Shown here in pieces: positions 52,166-63,024 of a DNA stretch of 64,000 nucleotides. Source of the stretch: Macrostomum lignano. Its lineage: Eukaryota. Below the pieces are notes generated by a model. It was not told the DNA's origin. It was given only the letters and a program-made list of their open reading frames with translations, and made no database searches. Position numbers and translations under genes: made by a program. The stretch lies in assembly GCA_002269645.1 (NCBI GenBank), contig NIVC01000707.1, forward strand, positions 62,001 through 126,000. Reading direction: 5' to 3'. Each line of letters opens with the position of its first letter. Position 1 is the stretch's first letter.

Positions 52166-55100
52166 TGTGAAGTTATGAGCCGAGTGATTGTAGTTAGAAG
52201 TAGAAAAGGAAGGACACGTGAAACTCTCCACGCGCGGTGTTGTATTTATTTATATTGATTTACTGACTCAGCACAGACAGAGATTAGGGGTGGGTGACTG
52301 AACAACACAGAGAGAGAGAGTAAATAACCAACTCCAAACCCCCCCCGACACTGGGTGGCAAAAGTGCACTAGAACTAAAAAATAAACAAATAATAATAAC
52401 TAACTGAGAGACCTAGCCAAGCCATACACATAACTAACTATCTGACATCTCCCCCCTAAAGTTCGAAACATCCCCAAGCAAAGTTCGTTCGAAGTCAGAG
52501 TCAGTTCAAATTCAGGATCAAAGTTGCAGGCGTTCAGGTGGCTGCCTCCGACGCTGCGGATAGCGCCTCGCCGGACTGCTCGGCCGGTCAGCGGCGGCGG
52601 TGGCCGCGTCATCCTGCGGCGCGTCATTGCCGCCGTCGCCTTCGCTTTGCTCGGTGGGCAGCGAATGCGGTTCATCGGAGACAGCGGCCGGCGTCACCGG
52701 GTCGGCCTCTGGCAGCGAGCTCGTCAGCAGCTGGTCCGTGTGCCGCCGATGGAGAGCGCCGCCGACCTCAACGTCGCAGTTGCGGGATCCAGCGGACACG
52801 ACGCTGCCCTCCGCCCAGCGAGTGCCGCCGCCAGCCCTAGCGTTGGAGCTGAAGTCGCGCAGTAGAACTCGGTCGCCGACTTGAAACTCGCGCGCATGCG
52901 GCTGCTGCTCGACCTGCCGCTCTTGGTGTTGCTGCATGCTGCTCGTCAGCGATGGCATCAGCAGGTCCAGCCGACTGCGCAGTCTGCGGCCGATGAGCAG
53001 CTGGCTGGGAGCTTCGCCGGTGATCGAGTGCGGCGTGTTGCGGTAGGACAGCAGCATCCGCTGCAGTGCCGCCGTCGAGTGCCCGCTCTTGAGCAGATGT
53101 CGCTTGAGCACCTGAACGAATCTCTCCGCTTGGCCGTTCGTTGCCGGATGGAACGGCGCCGAGAAAACATGCCGAATGCCATTGCGCCTTGTGAACTCGC
53201 CGAACTCCGCGGAGGTGAACTGCGTGCCGTTGTCGGAGACCAACACCCGGGGAATGCCCAGTCTGGCGAAGACCTCGCGGAGTCGCTCGATGGTGGCAGC
53301 AGACGTAACGCTGTGCACTTGATGAACCTCCGGCCACTTGCTGAAGGCATCCATGATGACCAGGTACGTGCGACCGTTAACGGGGCCGGCGAAGTCCAGG
53401 TGCAGCCTCGCCCAAGGTTCAGCAGGAAACGGCCACGGTTGCACCGGCGCCTTGGGCGGGTCTGCCTGGTTCAGCATGCAGGTCCGGCACGACTTGACGG
53501 TCATCGCAAGCTGCTCGTCCAGGCCGGGCCACCAGACGTAGCTGCGGGCTAGCGCTCGCATGCGGTTGATGCCGGGATGCGCCTGGTGCAGCTCGTCCAG
53601 CACGCCTTGTCGCAGAACCGCGGGCACCACGACGCGGGCGCCCCACAGCACGCAGCCCTGTTCAACGCTCAGCTCGTCCTGGCGCCTCGAGAAGTCGATG
53701 AGATCGGCGCCAGCCATTGGCGCGCCAGTCTGCAGACAGCGAAGCACCCGGCCGAGGATGGCATCCGAGCGAGTGCTGCGCGCGACCGCCTGAGCCGTTA
53801 TGGCGGACCCGGTCTCCTCATCCAGTAGCAGGGCGTTGACGGCCGGCTCTTCCTCAAACTGCCTCGGCAATGGCAGCCGGGACAGAGAGTCGCAGTTGGC
53901 GTGCTTGCTGGTGGGCCGGAACTCCAGCGAGTAGTCGTAACCGGCCAAACGGATCGCCCAGCGCTGCATGCGAGCCGCCGCGTGCTCTGGAATCGCCTTG
54001 TTTTCACCGAGAAGTCCTAGGAGCGGTTTGTGGTCGGTCACGATGACGAACTTGCGGCCTTGGAGGAACTGATTGAAGCGCTGGAGGCCGAACATGATCG
54101 CTAGCGCCTCCTTGTCTAACTGCGAGTAGCCCTTTTGAGCCGTCGTCAGGCTGCGACTGGCGAAGGCAATGGCTCGGTCCTGGCCGTCCACTCGGTGCGT
54201 CAGCACCACGCCGAGACCATAGGGGCTGGCGTCGCACTCTAGCCGCAGCGGCAGCTTGGCGTCATAATGCATCAGCACCGGAGACTCGAGCAGAAGACGC
54301 TTGGACTTCTCGAAGGCTATCTGCTGAGGCTCCCCCCACGTCCAGCGCGCGTTCTTAGTCAGCAGCTGATTCAGGGGAGCGACCACCGTGGACAGATGAG
54401 GCAGAAATTTGCCGTAGTGCGTCAACATGCCCAAATAAGCTCGGAGTTGACTGCAGTCTGCGGGTGGCGGGGCGTCCTGCACCGCCTTCACCTTCTCTGT
54501 CAGCGGCCGCAGTCCGTTGCTGTCGATCCGGTGGCCCAGATACTCGACCGAATCGCGGAACAACTCGCACTTGTCTTTGTTCAGTCGTAGGCCCGCCTCC
54601 CGTAGGCGCTGAAGGACCTTGATAAGATTCTCGCGATTATGCTGCAGCGTCTTGCCCGTCACCAGGATGTCGTCCACAAAGACTTGCACAGACTCTAGGT
54701 CACCGAGCAGCGAGTCTAGCGTGCGCTGGAATACCGCACTGGCGCAGTTGATGCCGAACGGCATGCGGTTCAGCTGGTACAGGCCTCGCTGCGTGTTGAT
54801 AGTCAAGAAGGGCTTGCTGTCCTCAGACAATGGCAGCTGCAGGAAGGCGTTTGACATGTCCAGCTTGGACCATTTGCAGCCGCCACCCAGCTTTGCAAAT
54901 AAGTCCTCAATGCGCGGCAGTGGGTACAGCTCCGGCCTGGACTCTGCGTTGTAGGTGAGCTTGTAGTCGCCGCAGATCCTCACCGAACCGTCCTTCTTGA
55001 CAACAGGCACAATTGGCGCAGCCCAGTCGGAATGTTTGACTGGCGTGATGATGCCGTCAGTCTCCATCCGTCGAAGTTCCTGATCGACGCGCTCCCGGAG

Positions 55101-55688
55101 TGCATAGGGGACCGGTCTGGCCTTGAAAAAGCGCGGCTTTGCCTCAGTCGGCATGTGCAGTTTCACCTCGCCGTGCCGATAGGTGCCAAGGCCGCCTTGG
55201 AAGACCTCGGGGAACTGCGCGAGCAGATCAGCTGCTTGTCCGGTCACTGAGTTGACCTGACCAAGGATCGTCGGCCAGTCCAATCTCAGCTGCGTCAGCC
55301 AGTCGCGACCCAATAGTGCGACATCGCCTTGCTCGACCACAAGCAGCGTCAACCGCCGATCTTGGCCATTATGCTGAACCGCGACCTCTGCCTGTCCGAT
55401 GGGTCGAAAGCTCTCGCCCGTGTAGGTGCGCAGCACCGTGGATGTCGGCGACAGATGGAGACCCGGCAGGACATCCTCTTGGAGACTCTTCGGGATGACG
55501 GTGAGGGCGGAGCCGGTATCCACCTCGAAGCGACATGGCTTGCCTTGGAGCAACAGCTCGACCGCCAGACCCTTGCTCGATCCGCTCTGCCTAATGCTGA
55601 AGAGGGGCTCCTGCAGCTCAGCCGGCTCTGGGTCCAGCTTGTGCAGCTTTGAAGACCTGCACACCTTGCGGATGTGCCCGACTTTGCC
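52166..55688 (-). mobile_element. Ty3/Gypsy LTR retrotransposon 1 (3' LTR plus intact pol, 5'-truncated)
   Basis: PPT TTTAGGGGGGAGA at 52448-52460, then an LTR starting TGTCAGATAG at 52447 with AATAAA and a CA end at 52166 or 52189. Truncated inside the gag zinc knuckle (GKVGHIRKVC). Confidence 0.92.
52518..55688 (-). CDS. pol: Gypsy gag-end/pol polyprotein (PR-RT-RH-IN), more than 1048 aa, uninterrupted
   Basis: VDTGS protease; WAAPIVPVVKKDGSVRICGDYK and FVDD RT; CDAS..E..TDHKPL RNase H; HQAHPG..C..C, HLDFAGP, SDNGTQF and TNGQAERFV integrase. Confidence 0.95.
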   Translation of the reverse strand, partial: GKVGHIRKVCRSSKLHKLDPEPAELQEPLFSIRQSGSSKGLAVELLLQGKPCRFEVDTGSALTVIPKSLQEDVLPGLHLSPTSTVLRTYTGESFRPIGQAEVAVQHNGQDRRLTLLVVEQGDVALLGRDWLTQLRLDWPTILGQVNSVTGQAADLLAQFPEVFQGGLGTYRHGEVKLHMPTEAKPRFFKARPVPYALRERVDQELRRMETDGIITPVKHSDWAAPIVPVVKKDGSVRICGDYKLTYNAESRPELYPLPRIEDLFAKLGGGCKWSKLDMSNAFLQLPLSEDSKPFLTINTQRGLYQLNRMPFGINCASAVFQRTLDSLLGDLESVQVFVDDILVTGKTLQHNRENLIKVLQRLREAGLRLNKDKCELFRDSVEYLGHRIDSNGLRPLTEKVKAVQDAPPPADCSQLRAYLGMLTHYGKFLPHLSTVVAPLNQLLTKNARWTWGEPQQIAFEKSKRLLLESPVLMHYDAKLPLRLECDASPYGLGVVLTHRVDGQDRAIAFASRSLTTAQKGYSQLDKEALAIMFGLQRFNQFLQGRKFVIVTDHKPLLGLLGENKAIPEHAAARMQRWAIRLAGYDYSLEFRPTSKHANCDSLSRLPLPRQFEEEPAVNALLLDEETGSAITAQAVARSTRSDAILGRVLRCLQTGAPMAGADLIDFSRRQDELSVEQGCVLWGARVVVPAVLRQGVLDELHQAHPGINRMRALARSYVWWPGLDEQLAMTVKSCRTCMLNQADPPKAPVQPWPFPAEPWARLHLDFAGPVNGRTYLVIMDAFSKWPEVHQVHSVTSAATIERLREVFARLGIPRVLVSDNGTQFTSAEFGEFTRRNGIRHVFSAPFHPATNGQAERFVQVLKRHLLKSGHSTAALQRMLLSYRNTPHSITGEAPSQLLIGRRLRSRLDLLMPSLTSSMQQHQERQVEQQPHAREFQVGDRVLLRDFSSNARAGGGTRWAEGSVVSAGSRNCDVEVGGALHRRHTDQLLTSSLPEADPVTPAAVSDEPHSLPTEQSEGDGGNDAPQDDAATAAADRPSSPARRYPQRRRQPPERLQL

Positions 55689-56811
55689 TTTTCAGCAAAA
55701 TGGAGAAACAGGAGTATCGAGCTCTCAATAAATTTTTTACCTTTAAAGGATTAAAGCCACCAGCGATCGAAGCAGAGATCAAGTCTGTGTACCCCGCAAC
55801 TTGCCTATCTCTACGCACAATTGAGAGACACCATACTGAATTTAAGCAAGGCAGGGTGACCCTCGAAGATGACCCCCGGAGTGGGCGCCCTGCTACCAGC
55901 GCCAACCAGGAGAAAGTTGATGCAGTTGCCAAGCTCCTGGATGAAGATCGGCGAATTTGAGTTGCCAGCATTGCACACACTGTTGGCATCTCAATTGGCT
56001 TAGTTGAGGAAATCCTGCACCAAATCCTTGGATACAACAAGGTCAATGCCCGTTGAGTGCCCCGAATGCTTTTGCGGGACCACAAGCTGAATCGGGTGAA
56101 CTCTAGCCGCTTCATGCTTGACCTGTACAACGCGGACCCAAATGGATTCGAGTGACGAATCATAACAGGGGATGAGTACTGGCTACACCACTATGACCCT
56201 GAGTCCAAGCGTGACTCCATGGAGTGGCGGCGCCCAGGAGAAGATGCACCTCGCAAGTTCAAGCAAGTGAAGTTGGCTGACAAGGTCTTGGGCTGCTTCT
56301 TCTGGGATTGTCAGGGGATGCTGCTTGCTGAGTACCTGCCAGTTGGGCACACTGTGACAGGTGTGCGGTACGCTGAACAGCTGGGCCGACTTCGTCAAGC
56401 AGTTGTCAGGAAGAGGCGAGGCAAGTTGAGTGCTCGCCCCCTGCTGCTTCATGACAATGCCCCTGCTCACACAGCCCAAGTTGCAGTGAATGCTGCCACC
56501 ACTGCAGGATTCGAAATTCTGCCCCATCCTGCCTATTCACCAGACCTGGCCCCATCGGATTTCTACTTGTTTCGCCAGCAGAAGCCACTCCGAGGGCGCC
56601 ATTTTGAGTCCAATGAGGAAGTCATCGCCCTCGTGAACCAGTGGCTGGAGGACCAGATGGCAACCTTCTACACCAGCGGCATCCAAGAGCTGTGTGACCA
56701 TTGGCAGAAGTGTATTGATCGCCAAGGAGATTATGTTGAAAAATAATGTAGCCTTGTCCCAAAATTTTTTGTTTGAATATACAAACGACAGAACTTTTTG
56801 AACCCCCCTCG
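55689..56811 (+). mobile_element. Mariner (DD34D) transposon lacking its left TIR
   Basis: Right TIR ...GAACTTTTTGAACCCCCCTCG followed by TA at 56812-56813. Only about 11 nt remain upstream of the transposase ATG. Confidence 0.92.
55700..56746 (+). pseudogene. Mariner transposase pseudogene
   Basis: MEKQEYR..., RSGRP, ITGDE, LHDNAP and YSPDLAPSDFYLF with 34 residues between the second and third Asp. In-frame TGA stops at 55958, 56054 and 56153. Confidence 0.92.
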
Positions 56812-59800
56812 TACGTCCCTAGCCAAGACATCAGAATCTGGCTTACCGCATTCGACCAGCGATGTGAGAACGAAGGCATCGAAGAAGAGAATCGAAAGCA
56901 GGAATTGCTCACTAATTTAGATCTAAGCACTGCGTTTGCAGCAGTCCAACGCCTCAACCTCCCAGCTAATCTCCCCTATGAGGAATTCAAGGAAAGATTG
57001 ATAGAGAGATTCGGAAAGGTAGGAAGCTCCGCCGAATTCCACAGAGTTCCGAAACCGATGCCAAGGTCGAAACAAATCTATAGACAGTTTCACTGATGCC
57101 CTAATTGAATTAGCCTCCCGCGCATTCTTAAATATGGATGCTAAGCAAAGAGAAGAGGAACTGGTTGAGCAGTTCATTAAAGGTGTGAGAACCCCTCCCG
57201 ACACCCGTGAAAAGCTAATTTTTGCCCAACCTGCTAGTCTCCAAGCCGCCCATAGAATGTTGCACAGAATTGAAGCTGCTTACCAGATGTCCCACAAAGG
57301 TGGAATTAGAGTGACAAAGGATGAGAAAGAGGAACACAAGGTCAGAACTGATCGGTTGATCATTGACCAGCAGACTAAGATTGACCGCCAAGAAAGGCTT
57401 ATTCAGAACTTGCAGAAGCAACTGGCCGAAACAGCGCAATGCGTCCCGCTGTCTCAGGTGTTTCCCCAGCAACAGTATAGGCAGCCAAACCCCCAGCAAC
57501 AGTACAGGCAGCCAAACCCCCAGCAACAGTACAGGCAGCCAAACCCCCAGCAACAGTACAGACAGCCACCCCCTCAGCAGTACAGGCAGTTAAACCCTCA
57601 GCTGTACAGACAGCCACCCTAGCAGCAGTACAGGCCGCAACCTCAGCAGCAGTACAGGCCCCAGCTGATGAACCAGCCGCCAAGACGTGAGCCCCCAAGA
57701 AGGAATGAGCGTCAGCCCCCTAACCCAAGATATGAGCCGCTGAAGTTCCGCAACCCCCGTGACTCCCAGAAGTCGGGAAACTGAGAAGCCAGGGTCGAAT
57801 TAAGAGGCCACGCCCCTCAGGCCAAAATTTTGCTTACTCTCCGGCCTCCCCATCATTTTGAAATGCCCCCCAACCAAAATACTGGCAACCTCCCCAGTAC
57901 AGTTTCCGTTATCCCCGCAAAACCTCCCATGTACAGCCAATGCCTATAAATAACGCAATATCTGTCTCCCCCAATAATTTTTAATTTCTTACCTTTGATG
58001 ATGCCGACAATGCTATGCCAAATGCCCCCCATGGCCCCCATGTGTACAATTCCCCTCATGCGACCACCTCTCATGTAACCAATGCGACCAAAGCTCATGT
58101 ACATCATGCGTCCGCACCCCATGTACCCACTGCGCTTGCACCCCATGTATCCCATGCGATTGAAGTCAATAATGCTCTATCCAGTGCTAAAAACTGCTCA
58201 AGGAAGCGACAAAAGCCAAAACCCAATTCCCCATCCCGAATTGACCTGACTAAACTAGAAGGTTATGAAGCTGTAATTGTCGGCGATATCCAGAAAGAAT
58301 CAATTGATTTCTTGCTAGACATAGGCGCCAGAAATAATTTCCTGAGCCACTCAACCTGGTCTAAGCTATTCTGTTCTGATCAAATCCGAGACACTAACAA
58401 AAGAATTAGTACATTTGACGGTACCCCAGTCCAATTAGAAGGAGAAGTATCTGCCCAAGTGAAGTTTGGCAATATCCAAATCGAAGTTGATTTCCTCCTA
58501 TGCCGACATGATTGTGACAATATTCTAGGTATGGAATTTTTCCTATCCCAATGCAAAAGCATTCAGCTAGCCAAAGGAATGCTAGTTTTTAACGAAGGTA
58601 CCTGTATACCCATGCAGTATACCCGCCTATCCGTGAAAGTTTGCCAAGTTTATACTCAAGAAAGAGTAATCATCCCAGCTAATAGTGCCCTCCGAATACC
58701 TGTGAAGTTAGCCAAGAATTGCGAATCGAATTATGGCACTCCCATGACCATTGAAGCTATTGGCGATACTATCCAAACCCGTGATTTCTCATTAGAAATG
58801 GTTCCAACCCTAGTAACTATGAAAGAAGGCAAAGGAATTGTCAAAATTATTAACCGCCACCCAGTAGATGTGAATCTAACTAAAACTTCCTTAATTGGCC
58901 TAGCCAGACCCATGAAAGCCAAAGACTTGACCTATTGGCAAACCCAACCCCCAGCTCCCAACGCCCTGCAAAAGTCAACCAGACTCAATGTACAGATGAT
59001 TCATGGATTAATGAGGTGAGCCTTGGCCCTAAATTGTCAGATGAACAGCAAAAAGCAGTCATCGACTTAATGAAAGAAAACTATGAAGCTTTTTGCCAAA
59101 ATGAATTAGACATGGGCCTGACACACTTAGTAACCCACGAAATTTCTATCAAAGACCCCACTCCCGTTAGAATCCCAGCTAGACGCAGCCCCCCACACTT
59201 GCAAAAGCAAGTTGACGCCCAATCAGATTATATGTTAGCCAAAAATCTAATTAGACCCTGCTACTCAACCTATTCCACTCTCGTAGTAATTGTCCCCAAG
59301 AAAGATGGTTCTATCAGAATCGTTAGCGATTTCCGAGTGCTCAACTCAAGAGTTAATTACTACCCCTACCCCTTCCCCAATATCCAAGAGACCTTCTCCC
59401 ACCTAACTGGTAGCCAATACTTTAGCAGTTTAGATTTAAATTCAGGATACTGGCAAGTCCCCATCAAAGAAGAAGATAAGCATCGAACCGCCTTCTCCAT
59501 CCTAACTAGAGGCCAATTTGAATACCAAGTGATGGCCCAAGGACTTTCCAATGCCCCCGGAACCTTCCAATGTCTAATGAATTTAGTACTATTAGGAATT
59601 CAACACAAGTTTGCCATGTCCTATATAGACGACATAATAGCCTACTCCCAAACTTTTGCCGAACATTTAGAACACCTAAGAGAAGTGTTTAAGCGATTAA
59701 TTGCCACAGGTCTAAAGTTGAGACCCAAAAAGTGCAATCTTTTCCATCACGAGTTACAGTACTTAGGACACGTGATTGGCCGACAAGGCATTCAAACAGA

Positions 59801-62620
59801 CAAGATGAAGATTGAAGCAATCCAAACTTGGCCCCGTCCCAAAGACGTAAAAGAACTATGCAGTTTTCTTGGCCTATGCAATTATTATTGCCGATTTGTA
59901 AAGAATTATGCCGAAGTGGCTTACCCCCTATTCCAATTGACTCGAAAAGGAGTTGAGAATTTCCAATCTAAGTGGAGCAAAGTGCATGACGAAGCCTTTG
60001 AGTCCCTAAAGCAATGAATGATGTCTACTGAAGTATTAGCATACCCCGAATATGTCAATGATGAGAATGTGAAGATGGTGCTTGAAACAGATGCCAGTGA
60101 CGACAGGATTGGCACATGCCTTGGCCAAATCCAGAGTGATGGCATAGAGCGACCAATAGCCTATTTTAGTAGAGCAATGAAGGAATCAGAGAAGCGTTAC
60201 CCCATTACTCGGAAAGAATTGTTAGCCCTTGTCGACGCTATAAGGCATTTCAGATTTTATCTGATCGGCAAGAAATTCTTAGCCCGAACTGATCATAAAG
60301 CAATAATTTGGCTCATGAGACAGACTGAAGCAACCGGAATCCTAGGTAGATAGATAGAGCATCTGAACGAATTCAGGTTCGACATTGAACACAGAAGCGG
60401 CGCAAAGCATTCCAATGCCGACGGATTGTCGCGAAGACTAGCTGAGATAGCTGAAGCCCCTGAAATATCCCCTGAAGCAGCCCCTGAACTTGCTGAAATA
60501 GCATCTGAAGTTTTTGAAGTCCCTGACGCAGCCCCTGAGCCTGCTGAAGCGATCCCTGAAGCCCCTGAAGCATTTGAAGAAAATTTTGAGAAAATTGAGC
60601 CAATCCCTGAGAAAGTTAAGAAGTTGACCCCTGTTCCCCTGAGAGATGAGAGTGCTCCCGTTGAAACTAAGGACAACCCCATGTCCCAGTCACCTAAAGC
60701 CCTGACAGAAAGCGAGACCCAGCCTGAATATCCCGAATCTAGGATACAGCTGAATGTCTCAGGCAGAGATGAAAGTAAAGAAGAGACAGGAAAGTGTGAG
60801 AAACTGTTAACTGATTACCTTCCCAGCCCTCTGAAGAAAGAACAGATTCGAGAAGCCCAAGCTGCTGACCCCATCATTAAAGCTCTATTAGAAGCCAACA
60901 ATCAGAAACTGAGCCAACTCCCCAAATCACCGGACATGCCCGAGAAAATTAGTAAACACTTCGAAGCCATGAAAATTGATAATGATCTGTTAACAATTGC
61001 CGAAGACAGAAAAAACAAAGTAGTTTTGCCCCCATCCCTAGACAAAGCAGTCTTTACTAACTTACACTGCAGCCCCCTCACAGGACATCTAGGAAGAGAT
61101 AAACAGTCCAAAGAATCAGAGAAAGATTTTGGCGACCCGGACTAAGCACTTCAGTCGAGCAATTAATTGCTGATTGCATCCCCTGCCTTGAGAGCAAGAA
61201 AGGACATTTTGTCCAGGCCCCAGTCCAGTCATTCCCTATTGGTGAAGCATTTAGCCGCCTGCATATAGACATTATCGGCCCAATCTCAAAAGAAAGCAAA
61301 TGAGGTCACAAATACATTCTGACAGTTGTAGATAGTACCACTCGATATCCATTCGCTTTTCCCATCAGAAATCAAAAATCAGATACAGTCATCAAGATAC
61401 TACTCGAGCGAATAGTAGCAGAATATGGATAGCCCATCTGGATCCACATAGACAATGGAAAAATCTTCGCTAGTAAACAATTTAAAGCTTTCTGCGAACT
61501 TTATAATATTTGCCACACCTTTACTACCCCATACCATGCCCAATCTAACGGACTAGTAGAAAGATTTAATAAGCAAGTAAAGTCAATCATCACCTGCCTG
61601 ATCAATAAGGATCACGGTGATTAGGACTTACTGATTCCCGCAGCCCTAGTAGCCGTTCGCACCAGCCCCAATGTAACAACAGGATTTTCCCCGCACTTTC
61701 TACTATTTGGAAGAGAAGCTACTCTACCCTTAGATACTCAAATTAGAAGCGCAGCCGAACACGCAGATTATCCCGCCTACATTACTAAGCATGCTGAAAG
61801 ATTAGAGGAAGCCCATAAGATAGTCAAGAAAAAATTAGAAAAAGTAGTACAGAAAAGACAGACCGCTGCTGAAACTAATAAACTTCCCCCTAGAGTCCCC
61901 ATAGGTTGTTTAGTTTTAATTAATAACCCCCAGCTAGATAGCAAAGAATCCCACAAGTTTCATCGAAAGAAGAGATCCGCCTTCAGAGTTCTAGCCCAAT
62001 TATCAGAAGTAGTCTTCAAAGTCCAGAAAGAAGAAGAAGAATTAGTAGGAAAAGAAATGCTTGTGCATCGAGACAATTTAGCTCCAATTCCAAATTCAAC
62101 TACAGAACAAATCATTAAGGAAGGCCAGCGAGATGCCCCTGATTCCGCCCCTAATTCTGCCCCTGTTCTAATTCCCACTCCTGCTCCAATTCCCGCCTCT
62201 ACTAAACCTAAGAGACAACCTGTAATTAAGGAAGGCCAACCCCGCCGAAATTCCCAAAAACTAATCTTGCCCGAACCAGTTGAATCTGAAGAAGAATCCG
62301 ATGAGGAAGACATGAATTGGAGATGCCAAATTAGAGACGCAGAGAATGAAGAGGTAGAAGAAGACAATGAAGCTCAGCTAGAAGAATGGAATGAAGCCCA
62401 GACAGAGGAAGAAAATGAAATGACCGATGAGTCAGAGAGTGAGGCCCCGAACGAAGAAATCCCTGAGCCCCAACCTCCCTCTCCTGCCCTGCGAGATCCC
62501 AAACCCCCGCGCCGTCACCCTTACAATTTAAGGCCCCCACCCCAAAATAAACAGTGTTGCAACTGCCATCTAGACAGACTACTATTAGCACTAAACCTCT
62601 TGCGCAACTTAGAATTTTAG
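56812..62620 (+). mobile_element. Ty3/Gypsy retrotransposon 2, decayed gag-pol, 5'-truncated; 3' LTR not in the window
   Basis: Gag YVPSQDIRIWLTAF...EQFIKG to TGA 57782, with a -1 slippery site. Protease FLLDIGA; RT VPKKDGSIRIVSDFR, LDLNSGYWQV and YIDD; RH LETDAS, TDHKA and NADGLSR; IN H..GHLG, C..C, HIDIIGP, HIDNG and NGLVERFN; GPF domain ending VHRDNL. Contains multiple stops and frameshifts. Confidence 0.9.
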
Positions 62621-63024
62621 CCCGTCTACACCTTCCTACCCCTCCCTCGCCGTCCCCATTTGCCCAACAGATTCCAAATTTTAGACAAAGAAAGCCCTCG
62701 ACTAGACCCCTGCTATGCACAAATAACCCTTTAAAATATCGATCGACAGAGAAATTAGAGCCCAAAGAACATAGAAAATGAGGTGGGTTACAAAAACAAA
62801 GGGATCCTCTCTATCTGTGAACAAGAGTCGATAAATAAATGCAAATTTGAGCCGTTGCACAACCAGATCCCAAAACCTCCCGCTTCCTGAAATTCTCGCC
62901 TCTTGCTCTATTCAATACTGTCAAGCCCGACTTTTAGTTCCTCAATACTGTCAAGCCAACTTTTTAATTCTTTAATATCCAAGTGATATTTAAACCCTAA
63001 GCTGCTTTAATAGACAGCCTGCCA

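Noticed and set aside
52524-55652. Many plus-strand ORFs over Gypsy-1
   Set aside because: Antisense shadows of a GC-rich coding sequence.
55958-56155. TGA recoding (Sec or Trp readthrough), because all three mariner stops are TGA
   Set aside because: Host genes here use TGA as a normal stop, Gypsy-2 also has TAG and TAA lesions, and simple mutational decay explains the pattern.
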